Position numbers and translations under genes: made by a program. Positions 54,493 to 64,000 of a stretch of DNA of 64,000 bases are shown here, piece by piece (position 1 is the stretch's first letter; every line of letters starts with the position of its first letter). Source of the stretch: Octopus sinensis. Its lineage: Eukaryota. The notes under the pieces were generated by a model that was not told where the DNA came from, ran no database searches, and saw nothing but the letters and a program-made list of their open reading frames with translations. The stretch spans positions 54,436,001 through 54,500,000 of the forward strand of contig NC_043006.1 in assembly GCF_006345805.1 (NCBI RefSeq), written 5' to 3'.

Positions 54493-55007
54493 TCTCTCTA
54501 TATATAAACGGCAGTTTGTCTATCTGTGTGTCTGTCAGGTTGTACCCTCACCCTGACCACGGCTTTCAACCGATTCTGATGAAACTTGACACACACATAG
54601 CCCAATGTCATAATTCAAAACTAACGCAGCGAAAATTTTGAAAAGTTCCCCCAGTTCTGAAAAAAATCGATAAATTCGACATGGGGGGTCGAGAATCTAA
54701 GCTTCTTATTTGCAACACATTTTCTGTTGTAGTTTTCGCAACTTGCAATCGATTTTCACCAAACTCATGGTGAAGCTTAATGTTACCCTAAGAAACTTAA
54801 TTCTGACGTTAGTTTTCCATGCAATGCCGTACCATCAGAAAAAATTGATAAAATCATGCCATTTTGGGAAATCGCGTTCAAATTCAAGATGACATATTTT
54901 CGACAATATCTTTCTCAAATTGGCAGGAACTTTTTAAATTCACAGTGAGCATCATGTCTGCTCCAGGGGCTCTTACATATCCGGGCAATACCGGGCTATG
55001 CTGCTAG
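54493..55007 (+). mobile_element. Non-autonomous Helitron
   Basis: 5' TC start (a|tctctctatatataaacggcag), subterminal hairpin ccgggcaataccgg at 54981-54994, 3' CTAG end followed by T (A|T insertion site, no TSD). Confidence 0.82.
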
Positions 55008-56272
55008 TAAACACTAAAAACAACTATACTTCAAACGACATTAATACGGCACTCTGACTTCATGACCGGAACCTATAATTTTGCTCTCGTAACTCATTGT
55101 ATTCTCTACATCGTCATCTCCAATAACATGCACTTCTAAGCAGATAGCGGTATTAGCTTTTACATCTCCCTAACCTTTTGCACAGAGACGTTATCCACAT
55201 GTAACCGAGACTCCACTCACACCAATCTGCTCTGCTTCCATTGTCTCTTTAAGCAGCACACGGATTAAACATACCAAAGTATAATCTTGTACCTCTTCCC
55301 TCAAAGTTACATTACAGTCACTGATAATCTTTCATAGATATTTCGACTTCACAGAGTAAAAACTGCATCCCACACAATAACCAATGTACAACCTTATACA
55401 TTTAATCAGTGATTTTCTCACCGCTATTTCCGCAAATACAGTGACGTTGATGATGACACGAGACCGAAACATGCCTAAAGTTATCCTTCGCACTTGCCGA
55501 AATAATTATATTTAGTTAGAGACTAATATTGCTTTGCCTTCGCCACGTAATTATTTCTACTTAGTTTTTGGACGCGCTCTGCATTAAACACGTTAACACT
55601 AACTTAGATACTGTTATAGCTGTTAATGTATTAAATGATGTATCACGTTCCGAGTTCAAATTTCATCGAGGTCGACTTTGCCTTGAGTATCAGTTGAACA
55701 CTGGGGTCAGTGTAATAGACCTACCCGCTTCCGTGTAGTTGTTGGCTTTGTGTCAAAATTTGAAACCAAATTACGGTAATAATTGTCTCTAACTCAGAGA
55801 CCAGCAGTTTTGAGGGGAAGAGGTCAGTCGATACCATCAACCTTTTTATTTCACAGATACTTTATCGAGCCCGGAGGGATAAAAGGTAAAACTGACATCC
55901 GCGAGGAACAATCATTACAAGGCTTTAACTATTCTGTCAATTCGACGCCCTTTTCAAAGTTACTGTAATGATGGCAATTGAAATGGGAAACTGTATTTAC
56001 TTATTGCGTTGCAAACTCAGTTATCCGACCCAGGAACAATAAAGCGCACACGCAAATACACACACACACAACTGTTATGACGGAAACGTCAACTATTACA
56101 TCAAGAAGATGCATAAGAAGAGTATAATTCGTCTCTGATAGTTCAGGGGTAATTTATTTTTATCGTCGCCTACAAGGATGATAATCAAAGCTGAACTCGG
56201 CGGAATTTGGTCTCAGTACGTTACTAGATACCGCACTAAGCATTTTGTCGATCTGTTTTGGTAAAAAAAACC

Positions 56273-56348
56273 CAATGCTTTCAAGGAAAGTGTTCGATGA
56301 TTTAACTGATACCAGTTAAATCATCAAACACTTTCCATGAAAACATTG
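56273..56348. repeat. 76-bp near-perfect palindrome
   Basis: 36-bp arms with 3 mismatches and a 4-nt loop (atac). Confidence 0.9.
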
Positions 56349-57025
56349 TTGAACCATCTCACACTTTGCCTGAATTATATTTTACTGGTATTTGTTTATG
56401 AAGGTTAATGTTAAAAATGTGATTACTACAGACAACCGTTCGGTAACTATAAATATAAAAATAGGTATTTAACGAATTTTAATAGTATTCATGCGAAAGC
56501 AACACTAGAGCGATTATAGTCAAAGGGAAGTAACTCTAGAGGGATTTTTGTGTTTTTTTACTGCTGTTTGTCGGTTGACTCATGCGTGCGAAATTTAAGT
56601 GAACATTGACAGGCGGCCGTAGCTAATCTGAAATTACTTGGTTGCACTGCTGCACATCCCACTACTCTGTGATATTAACAAATAGTTAAAAATAACAACC
56701 TGAGTCAATCAATCTCTCTCTCTCTCTCTCTCACTGACACACACAAACACACACAACACAGCTGTGTAGTCGTGTGGTACTTTAACTTAAGCGACATCAG
56801 TGAACAAGACAACATGTAACAACAAGGGTTTCACTGAGTGAAATATTTTGTAGTACTGTGTGTGGGGTGCCTCTAAAACTTCATTCAGAATCAGATCAAG
56901 AATTTGGTTTATTGAGAACTGATATAGCCAAGAAGTTGCAAAATAAACTGAATTTGAGTTTCATGAATTGAGAGGAAAAGTTTGGAAGTTTAAATTGACT
57001 ACCTTTTATATTTCTTTTTGAACAG

Positions 57026-57103
57026 GTGTTGAAGCTTTAAAAAGAGTGACTCGCAAGTATGCAAGAAAGCAGGTTCGCTGGTTGAACAACAGGCTTCTAA
57101 AAC
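57026..57103 (+). CDS. TRIT1: tRNA dimethylallyltransferase (TRIT1/MOD5/MiaA family), internal exon
   Basis: Acceptor tttttgaacAG, donor GTaagt, 78 bp, phase 1 at both ends. Translates (G)VEALKRVTRKYARKQVRWLNNRLLK(R), the conserved T-x-x-Y-A-R/K-x-Q-x-x-W motif of IPP transferases (human, from memory: [27 protein letters not shown]). Confidence 0.93.
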
Positions 57104-59535
57104 GTAAGTAGTTGGTATTGAATAGCAACATAGATACTATGTCACAGAGTTTGCTGATGAAGTGCTTATGAGATAAACAATAAACACACTCTGTAAAGTG
57201 GTTAGTGTTAGGAAGGACATCCAGCCATAGAAACCATGCCAAATCAGACTGGAGTCTAGTACAGCAATCCACCTTACCAGCTCTGGTCAAACTGTCCAAC
57301 TCATGCCAGCATGGATAACAGACATTAAATGATAATGACGCTTCACTCTATCCTAGAATATTTCGTATTGCATTATGTTATAAGGTTGTATAACTCCGGA
57401 TCAGTCCTGATTGAGCAAACCTATATAATATGTATTTATAGGTGTGTAGGTTAGTTACTCAAATGACTAAGTGGGACACATACCTGAAGATATATCCTGC
57501 CTCTGCTTAGTCCCCCCCCCACCACTATTGTTTTCATCTAAAAGAAAGGGCTGTGCCCACAATCTACTTTGTAGTTCCTCTGAGATCCAATATGGCTAAG
57601 TCCAGATGCCCAACATTCTAGATAGGAAGAACTCATGTGTATGACCATCATTATTGCAGTTGTTTTGCTGTGTGTATTTATCACGGCTCTATGAGCCAGA
57701 CAGTGTTTCTAATATGGTGTTGTATCAACTATTATAATAATGAGCTTGTTTGTAAGTTTGTCCCGAATCACGCAATAAGGAAGTATCAGTCTAAGTAAGA
57801 GTAAAAAAAGAGAAGAGACAAAATCATGATAACAATGAGAGAGGGAGTGGTATCAAACAGTGCCTCTCGCACTCTCTCTCTCTCTCTCAACAAATACCTT
57901 TTCACTTTATTGATGAACGTTGTCTCTCTCTATCTACAGACACACACACTCTCTGAACAACATTTTCGCGGATTTTTTTTCTAGTAAACATTAATAATAA
58001 TATATAAGTAAATAAGATTTTTGCACCTCAAAAATATTTTTTCTGTATCTCTATGGATGTTTGACTGATCTGGAATATTTTCTGCTTAAAAAGTTGCAAA
58101 GTTAATAGAATATAAAATAAGTAAATAAGTAGTAATTTTTAAGTCATAGAATTAGAATACTGTCTATTGAAAGAAAGCTTGATAATATTGTCTGTTTAAA
58201 GGAAGCTAAATATAAAAGGAAGGTAATTATAAATATTTACAAATACTTGCCGATACAGTGAAGTTTGTAAATATTTATGAATGAAGAATTTTGCTAAGGC
58301 AGTGAAATTTGTCTTCAAGATCTTTTTCCGTTTCAGGCGGTAAAGAGAGCAAGAGAGAATAACAGAAAGCATGTAGGTGTTCCTGGAAAAAATATAAGTC
58401 TATATGTGTATGCCGTTAATGTAATCCTGTGTAATTTTGGACTTTGTATGGTTGTGTATTGAAATATAAACAAACTAACGTACACACACACACATACACA
58501 CACACACACACAAATATACTCATTTGTTTTGAAGTTTGTGTTCCATTGTTTTAAATATACTCATCCACCTGCTATGGAGAATGAATCAGACAGAAGGCGA
58601 CAGCCAGTCTCACACAGGAAGAACTGGACACAAGAAGATTAAACAATACATTAAGGTTATTGAATCAATCACAAGAAGTGAGACAAGAGAGATGATGAAA
58701 AGGAGCACCTAAGCGCACAAAGGAGAGATATTCAAAGAGAGAGAGAGAGAGCAACACAAAAGCACCAAGATGAAACAGGAGAGCAAGCAGCAGAGAGGAG
58801 AGAATATCTACGAACAAGAGCATCGCAAAGGCAACAAGATGAAATGGAAGTGGAAGCAGCACAAAGGAGAGAAATCAAAACAGAGAGAACATCGAGGAGA
58901 AGAACGGAAGAATAATGGTTAACACTGAAACAGACCATCCAAAACAAGGCAAACTCATTGCTGGTAGGGTTTTCACTAGAAACGTTGTGTTGAAACAATT
59001 ACTGAGATAAAGGTTGTAATGCTTATTTCTGTATCATTTTTGTAACCTCAGAAATGAGCACTATTCTAGTATCAGGGGTGATTTAATCAACTAATTCCCT
59101 TCCTACAAATTACCAGCAAAGTATCATCGTTTAACGTCCGTTTTCCATGCTAGCATGGGTTGGACGGTTCAACTGGGGTCTGGGAAGCCAGAAGGCTGTG
59201 CCAGGCCCAGTCTCATCTGGCAGTGTTTCTACAGCTGGATGCCCTTCCTAACACCAACCACTCTGTGAGTGTAGTGGGTGCTTTTTACGTGCCACCTGCA
59301 CAGGTGCCAGACGAGGCTGGTAAACGGCCACGATCGGATGGTGCTTTTTACGTGCCACCGGCACGGGGGCCAGATAAGGCTGGCAACGGTCACAATCGGG
59401 TGCTTTAGAAACAATAATAACTACTATTAATGTGGTGTGCTGGTAGAATCGTTAGTATAACTCTCCCCCCTAAAATTCCTGGCCTTGTACCAAAATTTGA
59501 AACCATTATTATTATTATTAACACTATTTACATAG

Positions 59536-59645
59536 GTTCACCTGATAATACTCCACCAGTCTATGCACTTGATGCAACTGATGTTACGCACTGGCAAAAC
59601 AAAGTTCACAACCCAGCTGTGGAAGTTCTACAAGCTATGATGAAG
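59536..59645 (+). CDS. TRIT1: tRNA dimethylallyltransferase, next internal exon
   Basis: Acceptor ttacatAG, donor GTaagt, 110 bp, phase 1 to phase 0, in frame with the previous exon. Translates (R)SPDNTPPVYALDATDVTHWQNKVHNPAVEVLQAMMK, similar to human [37 protein letters not shown]. Confidence 0.92.
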
Positions 59646-59732
59646 GTAAGTACAAGATGCTTAAATTTGGAGATTTATCCATGGTAAACTGAACAGTACA
59701 AAACTACGTTTTAATGTTCGTAAATGCTTTCT

Positions 59733-60086
59733 TTATTACCTTAGCAAAGGCGGAGGTATTGTTTTCAGTCGTGTTTGTTTGTCAATGGACAAGATATCTC
59801 AAGAACCGCAGGATGGATTTGGATGAAACTTTCAGGGATGTTTGGCCTCGTGACTGGCACGAACTGATTAGATTTTGGGATCGATCCGGCACCGTACAAG
59901 GATTTTGGATTATATATTTTCCTGTTTCTTTTGGGGTTTTTTCTACTTAATTTTTGGGAGCGGTCGGGTTCATTTTTAGTATTCTCGTTTGTGAGAGCAG
60001 ATATTCAGATATTCTCATTTTAAAAATCATCTCTGGCTAATTGTTGAGAGGACGTTGGTGTCGCCTTGGCGGAGGTTTGTGCTCTT
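59733..60086 (+). mobile_element. HINE / Helentron-like non-autonomous element
   Basis: Second copy of the 19242 element, ending with subterminal ccttggcggaggt, which is inverted relative to the family's 5' acctc(c/t)gcc. Confidence 0.65.
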
Positions 60087-60764
60087 AACTAATTTATTTT
60101 GTCTAATGCCGCTGATAATTGTACAAGGGGGATAACTCTATACTTAACAGTAACTATTGTGTAACCGGTTTTAAAATATAAAATTGTGCAGTAATAAATA
60201 TCTTTTTTGTCATTTGTTTCGATCTTTAGAGTGCGGCCATGCTGGGGCATGTTGGAAGACTTTTTAGTCGAACGAACCGACCCCCATACTTATTCTTTCG
60301 TTCTCGCCTGCCGAGCCACTAACTTACGAGGACGTAAACAAACCACCACCAGTTATCAAGCAGTGGTGGGAGACAAACACCAAGTCTTACGCACATAAAT
60401 ATATACAAATACATACATATACATAGGATGAGGGTCTTTCTGTTTTTGTCTATCAAATCCAGTCCCATGGCTTACGTCTGCCCGGGGATTCAATAGAAGA
60501 CACTTGCCCAAGATGCCACGCAGTATGACTGAACCCGGAACGATGTAGTTGAAAGCAAAGTTCCTACTACATAGCAACGCCTGCGCCTATTATTAAATTG
60601 TCTTATTTCCAAACATTCTGGGAAGTGACCTTGTTGAGATCATTTCTATGAAATATAGTTACTTGATAATATAGTTGTAGTTTAGAGTTGTGTCCCTTGC
60701 ATCACTTTGCTGATCTGCAATCGCCGATTATATTCAGTTGTATTATTGTTGCATATAGCATAAA

Positions 60765-61140
60765 AGCGGCGAGCTGGTAGAATCGTTAAGCACGCCGGGC
60801 GAAATGCTTAGCGGTATTTCGTCTGTCGTTACGTTGTGAGTTCAAATTCCGCCGAGGTCGACTTTGCCTTTCATCCTTTCGGGGTTGATAAATTAAGTAC
60901 CAGTTACGCACTAGGGTCCGTTTGTCTGTCTTTGTTTGTCCCCTCTGTGTTTAGCCCCTTCTGGGTAGTAAAGAAATAGGTATTTCGTCTGCCGTTACGT
61001 TATGAGTTCAAATTCCGCCGAGGTCGACTTTGCCTTTCATCCTTTCGGGGTCGATAAATTATGTACCAGTTGCGTATTGGAGTCGATCTAATCGACTAGC
61101 CCCCTCCCCAAAAATTTCGGGCCTTGTGCCTAGAATAGAA
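60765..61140 (+). mobile_element. SINE family A tandem dimer with two different tails
   Basis: A full unit, the junction aaagaaatag|gtatttcgtc at about 60980, then a second body with a ccccaaaaatttcgggccttgtgcc tail. Confidence 0.88.
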
Positions 61141-62806
61141 AACATTACTGTTGCATATAGCTGTACACACTTCTGTATCTAAAATTTGGGTTATATAGAA
61201 AACTATGACCGAGCTTCTTTATTACAGTGGTTGTTCTATTTTACAGCGCAAACATATTACACAACTCACTCGCTATATTTCCATACTCCGAGGAATATTT
61301 TACTTTTATCATCATTATCGTTTTCACGTCCACTTTTCCATGTTCGTGTGGATCGAGCGGAATTTGTTGAGTGGATTTTCTACGGCCAGATGTTCTTTCT
61401 GTCGCCAGCTCTCACCTTTTTCCAAGTTAGGTAATATTTCTTCATGACCAGACGTATGTTCACAGAAGATATGAAACGAAGGATACTATTTGCATGACGG
61501 TGAGATTCGTTTACAACTATCACGCGATGCCAAGGCAAGGAGATAGCAACACACACATAAACAGGCTTGTTTCAGTTTCTGTTTACCCCTCTTGTGTCCT
61601 GTTTTTCTTTTTGTTTTAGGAACAGTTTTTATCTTTCAAGATCTGACTACAACTAGAGGAAGGTCTAGAAAGAAGTTTTTTTTTTTTTATGTTATAACTA
61701 GTAATAACAAATATTATTAATGTCACAAACGTAATTACTTTTGCTGACAATGGTGAATGTGTCTGAATTTTGATCAATTTGTGAACTACTTACTAAAAGT
61801 ACTCCCTTTTTAAGATTCAAGAAGATAAATCAGCCACAGAATATCAAACACTAAGGACCTGATGTAATTAATGATGGCCTTCATTAATTAGGCTACAGTT
61901 ATGATGTAAAAAATACTTTCATATCAATCATACCAGTACTTATATAGTCTAGTATTTCATCATCATTTAATTTACTTTTCCATGCTTGCATGGGTTGGAC
62001 AGAATTTGTTGTGGCAGATTTTCTATAGCCGGATGCCCTTCCTGTCACCAACCCTCACCTATTTCCAAGTAGGGTAATATTTCCCCATGGCCAAACATAT
62101 TTTTACAAAAGATTGGAAACAGGTCGCTACTTGCACAATTGTGACGCAATTATTGCACCATGTCAAGGCAAGGAGAATATGCACAGACAGACAGGCATAA
62201 GACAGGCTTCTTTTAGTTTCTGTCTACCAAATCCACTCACAAGACTTTTATCAACCTAGGGCTATAGCAGAAGACACTTGCCTAAGGTACCGTACAGTAG
62301 AACTGAACCCAGAACCATCTTGTTGGGAAGCAAACTTCTTACCACCCAGCTATGTTTGCACCTATACTTACTATATACAAATTTTTACAATCAATATCTT
62401 TATTTAAAAAGAGAGAGATTAGAGATTGGTTAGCTTAATTTCAATCTAGTAAAATTTATCCAAACTTCAAAAATGACAAACAAAAGTGTTAGAGAAAGAG
62501 TAGAGCTACAAAACAAAACAAAAAATCCATAAAGCACTTAGACAAAGATATTTTTCATTTTAATTTAGAAAACACTGAAAAGGATTAAGATAAACAGAAA
62601 AAAAAATTATCTGACAACCCAGCAGAGCTTTGCAAATATCTTAAATTTTCAAAACATTGTAACAGTAATACAATAACATAAAAATACATGTATTTCTGTT
62701 CATTGCCAGTTGTTCAAGAAACTACACTATCTGCTTTGACAACAACCCTCTTTAATCAACATTTTGTAAAACTATATTAAACAGAAATGAATTTTCTTCT
62801 CTGCAG

Positions 62807-62924
62807 GATGAAATACCAGCAATTCCAACTGCACCCCATCTAGAAGAGCCTAAGAATAAACATGTGTTAAATGTTTGTGATATATGTGATGGAATTATAT
62901 TAGTTACAGAAAAGGATTTCAAGA
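62807..62924 (+). CDS. TRIT1: tRNA dimethylallyltransferase, exon with first half of the C-terminal C2H2 (matrin-type) zinc finger
   Basis: Acceptor ttcttctctgcAG, donor GTaagt, 118 bp, phase 0 to phase 1. Translates DEIPAIPTAPHLEEPKNKHVLNVCDICDGIILVTEKDFK, with CxxC as in human [21 protein letters not shown]. The exon carrying the His ligands is not seen in the window. Confidence 0.9.
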
Positions 62925-64000
62925 GTAAGTTTATTCTCTTTCTCTCCTCTATTCTTCCCCTGGAACACCATCAACAATGATGCTATATAATCAAATTGTT
63001 GAAATAAGGAGAATGTAGGGATACAAACCAAAATAAATTATGGTTTTCCATTAATTAATAAATTTACTCGCAGTTTTGTTGTAACACTACAGCGACAACA
63101 AGGATGATAAAAAATGCCTGTTTGATGCTAAATAAACCTCTTATTAAAAAGAAATAAGTCACAGAAGAATGATTTCTTCTAAAAAGGCCCATCTGTTTTA
63201 CCTATAGACATCAACCATCAACAACATCAATCTTGGAGATAATCATATTTATTGCTGCTCCTGGAAACTGTTTAACTGGAGAAACTCCCTGATCTCTGAG
63301 CTATGCACCCTGTTAAGTGACTCATTACTCCAGAAATCCTTCAGGGGAAACCCATTTCAGCCATCTTTAACATTAAATTAGGGAATTGATGCTTTCCACA
63401 AGTTACTTTCTGTAATAATTCAATTTCATTTTAGCAATAAATATACCATGTTAACCTGTTTAGTCTTAGTGAACTTTGGTGAAATTGGGTATTTGGTTTT
63501 TTTGTTTTTGTTTCTTAATAGGAAACTGATTTAGCTAGAAATATTTTCTTTCATACAATCAAATCCTTTTTTTTTCTATATTTAGACAGATTAATTTGAA
63601 TTGAACCCATCGTAGATGTTCAGTAACCTATTTCTCTCTATCTGTTCCCCTACTCATTTAACCCTTTTGATACCAACTGCTACAACTGCCCACTTCCTGT
63701 TCTAAAAACCTGCCATCAGAACTCCCTGTTAACTTATGATCCAAACACCAATTTCATAAATGAGTTGTTTTACTAAATTCTTTATTTTCAAAAGCAATTG
63801 AAACAAAAAGCAGCATATTCAAAATGATGAATATGGTCTGGTTGTTTCCTATTTTACTAACATGTTAAAAGAATTCAGAAGTAAAATGTAAAAGAGAAAC
63901 GATGAAATGGCAAAATGTACTTACTTTTTGCATATACATTTCTACAAGAACACATACTTCATAATATTACATTTGTGTTTAAGGCAGCAAGATGACAGAA

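Noticed and set aside
59430-59687. 85-aa ORF as a standalone gene
   Set aside because: Only 59536-59645 is coding (TRIT1 exon); the flanks are intron and SINE sequence.
1146-61140. tRNA-like sequences with A/B-box motifs
   Set aside because: They are SINE heads continuing into repeat bodies; I could not support a complete cloverleaf tRNA gene.

Overview
AT-rich, microsatellite-dense eukaryotic DNA. The SINE families resemble those I recall from octopod cephalopods (Octopus-like); this is recognition, not a database result. The only host coding sequence I can support is three consecutive + strand exons (57026-57103, 59536-59645, 62807-62924). They splice in frame into the C-terminal part of tRNA dimethylallyltransferase (TRIT1/MOD5), and I found no earlier exons in the preceding 57 kb. 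The rest is transposon-derived: several tRNA-derived SINE families, a young 5'-truncated CR1-type LINE, decayed RTE LINEs, mariner and maT/Tc1 elements, hAT, piggyBac-like and MULE/Merlin-like MITEs, a non-autonomous Helitron and two HINE/Helentron-like elements. Nearly all short ORFs in the track are microsatellite or SINE artefacts. The most unusual signal is a non-coding element at 3872-5005 with two ~295-bp direct repeats. Each repeat holds the hammerhead-ribozyme core motifs and all three stems, but in a strand order matching none of types I, II or III. Several decayed conventional hammerheads (Penelope/retrozyme-like) are scattered through the window.
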